64,000 nucleotides of DNA, taken from positions 38,535 through 102,534 of IMG/VR virus record IMGVR_UViG_3300028563_000012; one strand, 5' to 3'. Each line of letters begins with the position of its first letter. Within the stretch, counting starts at the first letter, position 1. The notes under the pieces were generated by a model. The model was not told the DNA's origin and searched no databases. It worked only from the letters and a program-made list of their open reading frames with translations. Below, piece by piece: positions 1 to 10,028 of the stretch. Source of the DNA: a virus. A program made the position numbers and the translations under genes.

Positions 1-1089
1 CACGCCCATCGCGCTGATGTATCCGTACAGCTCCTTCATCTGGTCCAAGCGGCCGGTGTCTATTAGCACCCGCGTGCCTTCCCTGGCATGTTTCACGGCG
101 ACATCAGCCAAGAGCTTGTTGCGTGGCCTGCACGTGGCAACGCAGTCACGTACGACACGCTGCCATGACCACCCTTTTACGCTTTGAGGGTGCTGAAAGC
201 GTAGGAATGTGATATTGGGCGCCATGATCATCCCGGCCTTGATCAGGCGGCCCATCGATACACGGTACAAGATCCCGCCGGTAACCGCCTTCATCCAGAT
301 GTTGGCGCTCTGATTCTCACGCAAGCGAGACACGAACACCGTGGCAGATAGGCCGATCTTGAACCAGGCATCACATTGCATGGCGATGTTGCGCCAAGCG
401 GGCCCTTCCATGTGGTGATTTTCATCCACGAATAGCAAGTCAACGTTGGCCAATAGCCAAATGATATCGGACTTGTGCTTGGATGAACCCAGGCCTGCCA
501 AGAGCGATTGGATGGTGGCCACGGTCACCATCTCTTTCGTGTCGTATTCACCTTCACCAACCATCCCAATTTGGAATTCTTGGCCAAAGCACTCCTTGAA
601 TGCATTGATGGTCTGCCCGAGCAACAAATCAGATGGAACCACGAACAATGTGCGGCAACCCAAAGCCCGAGCGAGCGCGGCCGCGGTGCGTGTTTTGCCC
701 GAGCGGATCGGCAGGTTGAGAATGCCTTTGCCTGAAAACACCCCACGATTCTTGAGAGCAGCCTTCACCGCGGCTGATTGGTAGTCACGCAGTGGTTGGA
801 CGAGCCAAGGTGCCGTCCAAAGTCCCAAGGTTGGCTTGCGCCGCATGTCAACCATTTCGGCGCCGGGAAACTCAGCGCACACCTCGGACATCACACCCGT
901 CGGAGCGATGTGATAATCGCCCTTGCGTGATTTTCGCAACAAATGCTCTCGCCCGTCCCAATATCCGTTGCGATATGCGTCACTGAATTCAGCACCGGCA
1001 ACAGGATACGATGTCAGATCGTCAACCTGTTTCATCTCATCTTCGGTGCCCCAAACACGGCTCAACGTGTTGGTTACTTCGACTTTCAT
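1..1089 (-). CDS. UvsW-like SF2 DNA helicase (3' end beyond window)
   Basis: Translated by hand (absent from ORF track because it is open at the edge): MKVEVTN...YRNGYWDGREHL...LRDYQ (Q motif)...LPIRSGKT (Walker A)...LFVDENHH (motif II)...GLSAT (motif III). Confidence 0.85.
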   Translation of the reverse strand, partial: MKVEVTNTLSRVWGTEDEMKQVDDLTSYPVAGAEFSDAYRNGYWDGREHLLRKSRKGDYHIAPTGVMSEVCAEFPGAEMVDMRRKPTLGLWTAPWLVQPLRDYQSAAVKAALKNRGVFSGKGILNLPIRSGKTRTAAALARALGCRTLFVVPSDLLLGQTINAFKECFGQEFQIGMVGEGEYDTKEMVTVATIQSLLAGLGSSKHKSDIIWLLANVDLLFVDENHHMEGPAWRNIAMQCDAWFKIGLSATVFVSRLRENQSANIWMKAVTGGILYRVSMGRLIKAGMIMAPNITFLRFQHPQSVKGWSWQRVVRDCVATCRPRNKLLADVAVKHAREGTRVLIDTGRLDQMKELYGYISAMGV

Positions 1090-1106
1090 CTTGGATATTC
1101 TTTGCC

Positions 1107-1161
1107 AAAAGAAAACGCCGTCCAAGAGTCCGGTTGCCCGATGGTGCTCTCTTGGACGGCG
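1107..1161 (-). terminator. Intrinsic terminator closing the late operon
   Basis: 13-bp inverted repeat CGCCGTCCAAGAG (1116-1128) / CTCTTGGACGGCG (1149-1161), followed on the minus strand by TTTTCTTTT. Confidence 0.75.
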
Positions 1162-1206
1162 CCCCAATGCCGATTACTTATTTGCGAAGCTGCGAATGCT
1201 AATTGG

Positions 1207-3471
1207 TCAAATGGATAGGCGTTTCACGTTCATGTTGAAGCCTTCGGCTGACATGAAGATGATGTCCCCGCTAACAGCATTCAGCTGGCTGAAGGTGAAG
1301 TTTGCTGGGATGAATGTTCTTTTCCTGAAGTGCATGTTGATTCTGGTTTGCGTTGACATGCCAATCGCGCCATCTCTTGCAAATGTGCCAACGATGTAGT
1401 TGGCGCTGTCGTATTGGCTTGCGACATTGCAAGCGAAAACAGGCACCAGACGCGGGTTGGTGTCGCACGGGATGTAATGAGCATCCAACTCCATCATGGT
1501 CGACGGGGCAGGCGCGCCAACCATTGGGATGACTTCTGGCGAGCCTGAAACTGTGTCCGCGGTGTGGCAAAAGCCACTCGTGCCGTATATTGACACACCA
1601 CCACCAAATTTTTGCGCATTGCAAGAATAAACCCAATCACCCTCAATGATGCAGCTGCGGTAGGAAAGCGTGGCTGCCGCCCGATACCCAATCCCGATGT
1701 ACAGCGTTGCTGCTCTTGGAATGGTGTTGCCGCCGCTGTCAGTGATGTCGTTTACGGCGCGGCCGCGTGATGGCGCGACGCTGCAAGCAACGACTTTCAA
1801 TGGGGCTGAGTTGGCTCTGTATGGCGTTGCGTACGCGTTTGCGAGTTGGCAGTGTCTTCCTCCGCAAAGGTAGATGTAGAATGGCACATCAGTCCCGGCG
1901 GGGGTGCCAGGTTGCAACGTCGATGAGATCTCTGCCGTGATCCCTTGGTCATTTGGAAAGTATTCAATGCGCTCGCCATCAATCAACGGGATGTGCTCGA
2001 CTCCAGCAGGCAACTTGATTACGGAATCCGTGGCGCTATTGACAAGCGACCAAACAGGCGTGCAGCCTGTCAGAATGCCGTGGAAGCTGCTGAATGGACC
2101 TTCGATCCTGCGATGGAGCAAGCGCACAAATCCAAAATCATAGGCAGTGGTGCCGCCGCCTGGAGGGACGGTGACTGCAAACAGCCCGATCTTGTTGCTT
2201 GGAACGGTTGGCAGAACAGGGGCACCGCTCGCTGTTCCGGTGATGATTGACAACGTGCACAAAGTTCCGGGCATGGCGGCAGCATTGACTGCCACAATGT
2301 CGTAACGCGTGTTCATAGCATCCGCAGCAGCGTGGAGCAAAGTGGCGGCAGCCCATGCTATTTCGCTGAAATCAGACATTCCAGGGCCCGTGCCACCAAT
2401 TGGCGCATTTGCACTTCCAGCGTCGTAAATGACATGCAATCCAGTTCCTGCTGTTGCACCTGGGACCTTCTGCAAAGCGGGTATTGGGGTCGAATCTCCG
2501 GCCATTCCTGAGATGATGGATCCATTCGCATCCAAAATATTGGAACGCTTGCCGCTATCACGCATGAAATTGTGCGTGTACGATTCAACCAGAGCAGCCT
2601 GGTCTGCGATCCCGTAAGGGGCCACTGATTGGCCGATGTTGTCGATGTTTCCGGTGGGGATGGGAGTGCTGGCGCTCACAGACAAAACATGCCCCAAGAA
2701 CAAGATGCCAGAGCCTCCAAGCAACGGATGGACTGCGTGATCTGTGACCAACGGGCCCATGAGCATGACTTGGTAGTCTGAGGCCGTAGTTGACGGAACG
2801 GTTTGACCACACCCGTTGGCGATGGTGACATAGTTACCGCCGCCATCATGGGCAATGGTGCCAATTTGGAACGCATTCTCAACCAAGACGCCACGGACAG
2901 CACCGGGACCGCCATCGGATGTCGACTTCAGCCAAACTCGAACACTGCGACCTGAATGGTCATCAGCGGAGGCCATCATGAATGCCGTGTTGACGTACAT
3001 CTTGATCGATGTTCCGGCAGCAGTTACGCTGTCAGGATTGGCCAAATAACCCAACAACTCTATGTAGTTGGTGTACTCAGCATCGCCTGTTCGTGGGTTG
3101 GTCTCGATGCCGTTGTCCACTTCTACTTGGGTTGTTGCAATGTCATACGTCTTCGTGCCTGGTGGGATTGGGACGTTTTGCAAGTCGGAGTGAGAACGAT
3201 CACCAGCCGGACCGGAAAGCAATGACTGGATGATTCTGCCCAAGCCATCAGTGCCAATGAAATCATCGACGGCTGCGATGTTGACATGGTTGTTTCCAGT
3301 CGGAACGATGCCGCCGTTGGTCAGATTCACAAACAAGCAGCTACGATTCCACAACCTTTTGGTCGCTGCTCTTTGCGATCCGATCAGGTAGTCCAAAATC
3401 CCCTGCTTCAAGGTGTCAAGCGGCAGGATCTTCTTGTTGTAGATTCTCGCATATTGATCAGTGGTTGGCAT
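1207..3471 (-). CDS. Tail fibre / baseplate-associated protein
   Basis: 754 aa, G/T/A/P-rich; last gene after the baseplate wedge genes. Confidence 0.6.
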   Translation of the reverse strand: MPTTDQYARIYNKKILPLDTLKQGILDYLIGSQRAATKRLWNRSCLFVNLTNGGIVPTGNNHVNIAAVDDFIGTDGLGRIIQSLLSGPAGDRSHSDLQNVPIPPGTKTYDIATTQVEVDNGIETNPRTGDAEYTNYIELLGYLANPDSVTAAGTSIKMYVNTAFMMASADDHSGRSVRVWLKSTSDGGPGAVRGVLVENAFQIGTIAHDGGGNYVTIANGCGQTVPSTTASDYQVMLMGPLVTDHAVHPLLGGSGILFLGHVLSVSASTPIPTGNIDNIGQSVAPYGIADQAALVESYTHNFMRDSGKRSNILDANGSIISGMAGDSTPIPALQKVPGATAGTGLHVIYDAGSANAPIGGTGPGMSDFSEIAWAAATLLHAAADAMNTRYDIVAVNAAAMPGTLCTLSIITGTASGAPVLPTVPSNKIGLFAVTVPPGGGTTAYDFGFVRLLHRRIEGPFSSFHGILTGCTPVWSLVNSATDSVIKLPAGVEHIPLIDGERIEYFPNDQGITAEISSTLQPGTPAGTDVPFYIYLCGGRHCQLANAYATPYRANSAPLKVVACSVAPSRGRAVNDITDSGGNTIPRAATLYIGIGYRAAATLSYRSCIIEGDWVYSCNAQKFGGGVSIYGTSGFCHTADTVSGSPEVIPMVGAPAPSTMMELDAHYIPCDTNPRLVPVFACNVASQYDSANYIVGTFARDGAIGMSTQTRINMHFRKRTFIPANFTFSQLNAVSGDIIFMSAEGFNMNVKRLSI

Positions 3472-3482
3472 CGTCGAACACC

Positions 3483-4766
3483 TCAGAAGTTGGCTGTTTT
3501 GTCAATCGTACCGCGGCGGCTGGTCCCGCTGCTCAGCTGAACAACCGCGTACCTCAATGGTAGTATATGGACTTCAGACATCCGAACCATTGCCGAATCA
3601 CCAGAGAAGCTGAAGTTGATGCCACCTTGCTGGTTGGCCCCGGTCACCGTGACGCGATCACCGCTGGTGGGCAATATCAGGTTCCCATCGAGGTAGATTC
3701 GGGTGCCAGTGTTCGAGCCGTCGATCACGAACGACTCGATGCGGATGTTGAACCAAACTCCGGCCATCAACTCGATGCGCGTGGCGTCATCTTGAGCGAC
3801 CGTGACCCAGCTGCCGCCGGAATGAGACTGCAACATCACCCGTGTGCTGTTGGTTGATAGCACCAAGCGCATAGCTCCGACGGCGCCTGAGTTGGGCAGA
3901 TACCATTGGAAGATGATGGCAGATGTCGAGCTGTTGAATTGGAAATCCGTCGAGATCTCGACATTCCCCAAGCCGGCCGGGGTTGTGCATGTGATGCGCG
4001 GCGTCAGCGTGACCCCGGCAGCGACTGTCATGACGTTGTTTGCAACAACGGGATCGGGGCCTGTCACAACCCAAAGAGGCGCGCCTGTTCCTGACAAACT
4101 CATGTCATCCAAGAATTCCAACAATTGCACTTCGATTTTTTCACATATTGGTCGCTGGATCGCGATCATGTCAAGCAACAACTCCTTGTCTGTGTTGCCC
4201 GTGTCCATGATTTTCAGCAGTGACCATGTGCTGGCATAACGGTCGATTGGTTGGATGTGAGTCGCCAAATACGTGCAATCGCCAGCAACGTCAACATTGT
4301 ATGGCCCGCCAATTGCGTATGGCAGCGATGCGTCGCTGCTATTGTCTAATTCCAAACTGGTCTCACCGCACACCCAGCGGTACTTGAACCAATCCAAATA
4401 CACAGCAGAGCGCCCGGTGAGTGTGCGAATGGCCGAAAACAAGCCGGGAAGTGTTCCAAGCTGTTTCCAAAGCGACGGAGCGAGCTTCACGAGTTGGCGC
4501 AACTTCGCAGTGCTCAACCTTGACACAATATCATACAAGTCAGGCCCGAGTCCCACCAGATCCTTGTAATACCATAGCAAGTCATCCCGGACGCGATCCG
4601 GTGATATTTGGTCAAACAGGGCGATGATCTTCCCTTCGATCAGTTGGTGCTGGGCTTGGTTGCCGAGCATGAAGCGCTTTAGCAACTGCTTTGCGGCATC
4701 ATCATCACGTAGCGGTTTGGCAATATTGCTGTATGCGTCAAATTGCCCTTGCCATTCAATTCCCAT
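3483..4766 (-). CDS. Baseplate wedge protein (P2 gpI-like) with C-terminal beta-sandwich
   Basis: Follows the J-like gene; LRQLVKLAPSLWKQLGT matches the tail protein I pattern. Confidence 0.65.
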   Translation of the reverse strand: MGIEWQGQFDAYSNIAKPLRDDDAAKQLLKRFMLGNQAQHQLIEGKIIALFDQISPDRVRDDLLWYYKDLVGLGPDLYDIVSRLSTAKLRQLVKLAPSLWKQLGTLPGLFSAIRTLTGRSAVYLDWFKYRWVCGETSLELDNSSDASLPYAIGGPYNVDVAGDCTYLATHIQPIDRYASTWSLLKIMDTGNTDKELLLDMIAIQRPICEKIEVQLLEFLDDMSLSGTGAPLWVVTGPDPVVANNVMTVAAGVTLTPRITCTTPAGLGNVEISTDFQFNSSTSAIIFQWYLPNSGAVGAMRLVLSTNSTRVMLQSHSGGSWVTVAQDDATRIELMAGVWFNIRIESFVIDGSNTGTRIYLDGNLILPTSGDRVTVTGANQQGGINFSFSGDSAMVRMSEVHILPLRYAVVQLSSGTSRRGTIDKTANF

Positions 4767-4778
4767 GTTGGCTGCCTA

Positions 4779-6980
4779 TCATTTTGCCGTTGTCGTGATG
4801 TTGATGGTGACGGATCCCAGCACAGGCAACTCGCGCGGGCTGAGCAAGACGTTGGACGCCGGGGATGTCAAGATCATGTCAGTCGGCCTTGGGATGCTCT
4901 CCATGATGATGTCGGTCAACTTGGCAGTTGCCACCTTGCTGCCAAACGACCAAAGCCAATTGCCGTCCGGATCCTTGGCCAACGGGTGCAAGAAGCCAGC
5001 CAACGCTGTTAGCACCGCAGACGTTTCGCCATTCTCCACAGTCACAACAACATCAATCGTGCGGGGCACAAAGTTGGTGGCATAAACCTTGTTGTTGAAC
5101 ACGCAGTTCATCTTGGTCTTGGTGCGGGCGTTGAACTGCGTGTCCAAATCATCCAAAACACCAGACACCACAGGATCGCCACCGGTGCCCACCACTACAA
5201 CTTCAAGCGTCTTTGGGCCAAACGACTCCTCAACAGCAATCGAACGAGCAACAGGCCGAGAACCGTCTGCGGCCACGTAGGCAGTTGCCAAGTATTCAGC
5301 ATCAACAGCGGTCACCACGCGCTCATTGGAACGTAAGGCAATGGGAGCAGCAGCCTTCAAACGCATCAAGTCTGCGTCAGTGGATCCTTCCATGTTCGAC
5401 CAACCAGATGCTGCTCTTGGGTTGGTTACGGTGGCAAACCAAGCAATTCCGGACATGTTGACTGTGACCGTGTTGGCGCCCACGTTCCCATCTTGATCCG
5501 CGACCAATGTACGGTACAAGGAGCGTATGCTGTCCGTGCCAACATCGGGCACCTTGCCGTTGTTCCCGTCTCCAAAGTAGATGTCGCAAATGCCATCATC
5601 GTCAAACGCTTTGGTGTAGTGTTTGTCGGTTGGTGTGCTATTCAGAAAGTTGGGCACATTGACCCACGTCGATTCGATGCCGCCCTCAGTCACCAAAATG
5701 GACAAAATGCTGTCATCTATGACAGGGAAATTGGACAACTGGAAGTGTTGATTTGGCGTGCCATCGCTGGAACCCAACGGATCATCTTCGTACGATTTGC
5801 CTTGGGTAGCCGTGAACATCTGGTATTGGTTCCCGTCACTGATGGATGCGCTGCCAAATGTGAAAGTTGGCGTCCCATCGGTCGATACCACCCGCCAACG
5901 CATCCAATGCATGTTGTCACCACCGGCTGGCATCCCGATCGTGGTGCGAGTCCAACCTGCCGTGACAGACCAAGGAAGGTTGAGCGCGACATCAACCGGA
6001 TCCGCGCTGGCGGTCGACAGCCCGTTGGTGCCATCAGCCGTTATGGATAGAGCGCGCCATGCACTACCAACTGTGTAGTCATTGGTGGAAAGCGATGGCT
6101 GGGCTTGGCCTAGCAACGCGGTCAACCCGGACGTTGAAGCGATGTTGATTCCACCTTGATACGTTGATGTCACGTCTTGGAAAGCGCCGGTCAGGTTGCA
6201 ACGCACGCGAACAATCGCGCCTGCCATATTTGTGGAACCTAGGATGGTGGTCAAGTCGAACACCAGCGCTGCTGCTCCGGAAACTTGCTGGAGTGTCACG
6301 CCCTTTGGGACACTTTGATCCAAGTTGCCATCGTAGTATTCCCAAACACCCGCCATCACACCAGCGGTACGGGCACTGAGGATGATGCGCAACAAATCCC
6401 ACATCACACCAGTGTGCCCAAAATATATGGCATTATTTGCCGATGTTGTAGTCCAAGGCGTCCAAGGGTTGTTTGCCAAGACATCAGCTGTGTGATCTGT
6501 GAAATTCGAGCCGTTCCAAGATGCCACCATGCCAACCTGATCAGTCCGCGCGGTGATCACATCTGCCAAGACTTCGTATTCAACAGACGGATTCCCACGA
6601 GCAGCCATGGTGGAGAACCTTGACCCATTCGGAACCGTCGTGGTTGTGGATTCGAATATCTGGGTCAATTTGCCAAGCACACCAACAGCGGCCGGGGTTG
6701 CCTGTTCTAGTTGCTGGCCAATGGCCGCAAGCAGATCCACGTGGCTGCTCCGCAATTTGGCCGTCGGCAAAAACATCTCGTTGGCAACCATGTCCAACAT
6801 GACCATGTTGTGGTGCCCGGATGCGGCACTGGCACGTGCCAGTTGGATATGTGGTTCAAGCGCATCCTCGTCCGTGAGCTCAGGGCAATTCACCCGCATG
6901 TATGCGATCAAGTCTTCCAGCAGTTCTGGATAAAAATGACTTGAATAATTCAATGATGGGACGTTGACTGTGGTTGCCAT
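4779..6980 (-). CDS. Baseplate J / gp6-like wedge protein
   Basis: NEMFLPTAKLRSS, LGSSDGTPNQHF, FGDGNNGKVP, ERVVTAVDAE motifs. Confidence 0.85.
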   Translation of the reverse strand: MATTVNVPSLNYSSHFYPELLEDLIAYMRVNCPELTDEDALEPHIQLARASAASGHHNMVMLDMVANEMFLPTAKLRSSHVDLLAAIGQQLEQATPAAVGVLGKLTQIFESTTTTVPNGSRFSTMAARGNPSVEYEVLADVITARTDQVGMVASWNGSNFTDHTADVLANNPWTPWTTTSANNAIYFGHTGVMWDLLRIILSARTAGVMAGVWEYYDGNLDQSVPKGVTLQQVSGAAALVFDLTTILGSTNMAGAIVRVRCNLTGAFQDVTSTYQGGINIASTSGLTALLGQAQPSLSTNDYTVGSAWRALSITADGTNGLSTASADPVDVALNLPWSVTAGWTRTTIGMPAGGDNMHWMRWRVVSTDGTPTFTFGSASISDGNQYQMFTATQGKSYEDDPLGSSDGTPNQHFQLSNFPVIDDSILSILVTEGGIESTWVNVPNFLNSTPTDKHYTKAFDDDGICDIYFGDGNNGKVPDVGTDSIRSLYRTLVADQDGNVGANTVTVNMSGIAWFATVTNPRAASGWSNMEGSTDADLMRLKAAAPIALRSNERVVTAVDAEYLATAYVAADGSRPVARSIAVEESFGPKTLEVVVVGTGGDPVVSGVLDDLDTQFNARTKTKMNCVFNNKVYATNFVPRTIDVVVTVENGETSAVLTALAGFLHPLAKDPDGNWLWSFGSKVATAKLTDIIMESIPRPTDMILTSPASNVLLSPRELPVLGSVTINITTTAK

Positions 6981-6983
6981 GAT

Positions 6984-7394
6984 TTACCTGACGGTGAAAG
7001 AGCCACCAGCGGAGCGAGAGATGGTGAGGTTGTCTGGCTTGTTTTCCTCAAGGTTGATATATGACACATCTGCTGTCATCTCGCCATCAACAGAAGTGAA
7101 AGTGATGGGGCCGTCTAGCGATGCTCGATTCTCCAATGACAACCGTTTGAATAACGCCTTGATTCTGACACGCAGATCAGATTGCGCATCTTCATTGTTC
7201 AACTCAAAAATGTGCTGGCTTCCCAACCCCAGATCGTCTTGGAATGGATTTTCACTGTCACAGTCCTGAAGGTTGTTGCGAATCAGCTTTTTCAATTGGT
7301 CCAAGCCGGTGGACCGCTTCAAACCGCCACGGCCGTCAGAGTCCATCGGCGAGTCGATGCCAACCTTGCCTGTCCCTGTTGGCAATTTAGGCAA
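6984..7394 (-). CDS. Baseplate wedge / sheath initiator (gp25/GpW-like)
   Basis: 136 aa directly upstream of the J-like gene; ENPFQDDLGLG pattern. Confidence 0.6.
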   Translation of the reverse strand: MPKLPTGTGKVGIDSPMDSDGRGGLKRSTGLDQLKKLIRNNLQDCDSENPFQDDLGLGSQHIFELNNEDAQSDLRVRIKALFKRLSLENRASLDGPITFTSVDGEMTADVSYINLEENKPDNLTISRSAGGSFTVR

Positions 7395-8079
7395 TTGGTT
7401 GCTCCGCTACGAAGTTCACATCACAACACCCTATTCCAGGAACATTGTGGTAGATCCCGGTCCCACGTGGTGGTTCCCCGCCATCAGTCCACTGGAACAC
7501 CTTCCAATTGGCCCACGGAGCTGGAAGCTTGTCAGGCGGCATCGGATTTGGCATGTGATATCTGGGAACCCAAAGGTCAACGAACTTTGCTCGCTCCCAA
7601 GTAGGGTTGCCAATCACCAGCCAATGCCGATAGCTGGTGTACAACAGCGGCCGCGAACCATTGAGGATCCCGGAAGCGTCCAGGTGGGCATAGAACTGAT
7701 CCAGATACTCCAGGCCGTGGCGCTTCACGACATCAGGATCAACGTTCTCATAGCTTTTGGTTTCAAAATCAGCACATAGACGTTCGCGCGGTTCCAAATC
7801 GCCCACTGCTTTGATCAGCAGATCCGCTTGGTCTTTGGGCGATTTCTCGATGTGCAAGAATGCGTAATACACCCCAATCGTGAAGTTGGGGCTTTGTCGA
7901 AATCCCAACTTGTTTGCCTTGAACGTGGGATCTGTGTATGATGTGCCTTCCGTGGCCTTAGCGCCGAAAAAGCGCGCGCCTGAAGCTGCCAGAGCACCCC
8001 AATCCTTTACGGGATCCCACTTGGAGATGTCAGGGCCCCAAATCTTTCCATCTGTTGTGACGGTGTTGGTTTGGGTCAC
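7387..8079 (-). CDS. GH25 muramidase endolysin
   Basis: GPDISKWD, KATEG, GVYYAF, ADFE, LWVPRY, FQWTD; GTG start with GGAG RBS overlapping the upstream stop (GTGA). Confidence 0.88.
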   Translation of the reverse strand: MTQTNTVTTDGKIWGPDISKWDPVKDWGALAASGARFFGAKATEGTSYTDPTFKANKLGFRQSPNFTIGVYYAFLHIEKSPKDQADLLIKAVGDLEPRERLCADFETKSYENVDPDVVKRHGLEYLDQFYAHLDASGILNGSRPLLYTSYRHWLVIGNPTWERAKFVDLWVPRYHMPNPMPPDKLPAPWANWKVFQWTDGGEPPRGTGIYHNVPGIGCCDVNFVAEQPIA

Positions 8080-8624
8080 GGCTGTGACTCCCCATAGGTT
8101 GCCCACGGCGATGGCACTTGTGGCAGGTTTGGCCTTGCGCTTTGCAAACGTGGCGGGATCAATTGATATTGGTGAGACGTGATGATGACTTGTTCGTCGA
8201 TGTACCGTCGCAGGAGAGGGATTTGCTTGTCCATAGTGTTGGACACTGCTTTGGTGATTGCGTTCTCAAAGGAGCCAGGCGCCAACCAAAGGAAAAGACC
8301 CAAAAACGAGCCAATCACCGTCGTGCAGATGATGATGGCTGTTTTGAGTTGCTTGTATCCTTTGGCTGCAGGGCATGCGCGTTCATGTTCCAGTATCGCT
8401 ATGTCCATGGCGTCCTTGGAGACGGATGTCGGTGGTGGAGTTATCTGTTGCGCTGCTGCGATTTGATCTGCAGCATCCTTCATGACTTCTGCAGCATTTT
8501 GCAAATTGTCAAGGGTGTCGTCCAGCGCCCGCTGCTTTCCGGTATCAGTGAGTGACTGGACAACACCATTCGCGTCATCATCGCTTTGTTGCGATCTGGA
8601 TGTTTTTGGCTTTTCACCATTCAC
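8076..8624 (-). CDS. Single-pass membrane protein in lysis cassette
   Basis: Coiled-coil N-terminus, HERAC motif, one hydrophobic segment (IIICTTVIGSFLGLFLWL); GTG start inferred from GTGA overlap. Confidence 0.5.
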   Translation of the reverse strand: MNGEKPKTSRSQQSDDDANGVVQSLTDTGKQRALDDTLDNLQNAAEVMKDAADQIAAAQQITPPPTSVSKDAMDIAILEHERACPAAKGYKQLKTAIIICTTVIGSFLGLFLWLAPGSFENAITKAVSNTMDKQIPLLRRYIDEQVIITSHQYQLIPPRLQSARPNLPQVPSPWATYGESQP

Positions 8625-9151
8625 GGGGCGCATGCCACGGTGCCGCATTTTCTGATGCTCACTTGTGTTTTTGCAGCCGCCAAACAGTCCAACTTCATGT
8701 CTACGACTGTTGACGACTTGTTTTTATTGCAAGCTTCCAAACAACTAGTGGCTTCGCGGCATTTTAGGCGTTTGACGTTGTTGCATGCGGCCGTGCACTT
8801 ATCAGCTTGGGCACTTGGGAGCAAGGCGCATTCGACCGTGCCGCACTGCCTAACTTGGTCCACGGTCTGAGCGCTGTTCAAGCACCCAACCTTCAAGTCG
8901 GTCACAGTGCTTCCGTTTTCATCGTTGTACACGAAAGCATGAATGCAGTCGGGATCCGCGCCTTCTGTGCAATGGAGCTTGTATAGCTTGTCGCAGAGCG
9001 CCTGATAGGTGATTGATTGGACGTCCGTCTTTGACGGTGCGTCGGATGTCACGGCAGCATCCGGAAGTGGGAACGGCGTTGGGGGCATTGGATGCGGGCA
9101 GGCCGTGAAAAGCAACGCCATGCCGAGCGCTATGATTGCAGGTTTCAACAT
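8621..9151 (-). CDS. Cys-rich lipoprotein with two internal repeats
   Basis: Lipobox LFTA-C; two repeats each ending CGTVxC. Confidence 0.65.
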   Translation of the reverse strand: MLKPAIIALGMALLFTACPHPMPPTPFPLPDAAVTSDAPSKTDVQSITYQALCDKLYKLHCTEGADPDCIHAFVYNDENGSTVTDLKVGCLNSAQTVDQVRQCGTVECALLPSAQADKCTAACNNVKRLKCREATSCLEACNKNKSSTVVDMKLDCLAAAKTQVSIRKCGTVACAP

Positions 9152-9155
9152 GAGG

Positions 9156-9983
9156 TCACACTCCAAGATTGGCAACGATCAGGTTGCTGGTGCCCTGCAA
9201 GATGAACTTCTGCGAAACCCAAGCCAGGCCGTTCCATCCCCAGCGCTTGCTCCATGAGTTGCCAACCAGGCCTTCCACTTCACCTTTGGCATTGGTACGA
9301 TAGCCAAGGCTGTAAATCCAGTGATCGAAGTCGGTGCCGCAGAAGTCAAGGACTTTGGATCCATTTGGATCGGAGAATCCTTGGAACGTGTTGCCGCTGG
9401 CCGCGACTGCATGCATGACCGTGTGACCACTCGAAAGCGCTTGCTTGTATTGGGTGAGCTTGTTTTGCCCCTCATCGATGGCGTTGAAACCGAGCAATGG
9501 GATTTTGAGACAAGACTCTAACTCGCCCAACTTCAGCTCATCGTTGACGTGTGCGTCAAGATGGCTGCTGTAATCAGGTGAATCGGCTGTCCGGCCGCCA
9601 TCAACATCGCCTTCTAGCGCAATGCCCCAAAGTCCAAGCGAGCGTGTGACTGAGTTGGGCATCGCTCCGTCATCTTGCAACGGGACGTCAGGGTTAATGC
9701 GGTCAATGGCGCGCCCGAGCGCGTAGATGATGCGTGGAGCAGGAGGCTTGGCAAGCGGTTTGTCGTGCGCGGACATGGTGATGTCAACGCCGCCAGCAGT
9801 CCCGTGCCCCGTACACGAGCCTGTTTGATCTTGGTCCCAAATCGACCGCAGAAACTTCAGCAGGTTCGCTGCAGCAGGAGCCGACAATCTGGCAGCAGCC
9901 AGCAGATGGAACCCATTGTACTTGTGACCAATTGGATCCGGGATGTAGCCTCGACCTTTGAGAGGGGTTGCTTGTGGGCTCAT
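9156..9983 (-). CDS. Papain-like (C1 family) cysteine peptidase
   Basis: DQDQTGSCTG (catalytic Cys), DHWIYSLGY (His), GNSWSKRWG (Asn). Confidence 0.85.
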   Translation of the reverse strand: MSPQATPLKGRGYIPDPIGHKYNGFHLLAAARLSAPAAANLLKFLRSIWDQDQTGSCTGHGTAGGVDITMSAHDKPLAKPPAPRIIYALGRAIDRINPDVPLQDDGAMPNSVTRSLGLWGIALEGDVDGGRTADSPDYSSHLDAHVNDELKLGELESCLKIPLLGFNAIDEGQNKLTQYKQALSSGHTVMHAVAASGNTFQGFSDPNGSKVLDFCGTDFDHWIYSLGYRTNAKGEVEGLVGNSWSKRWGWNGLAWVSQKFILQGTSNLIVANLGV

Positions 9984-10028
9984 ATTCGTGACTCCTGTGC
10001 AGTTGGTTGATTGTGATCAAAGCCAAGC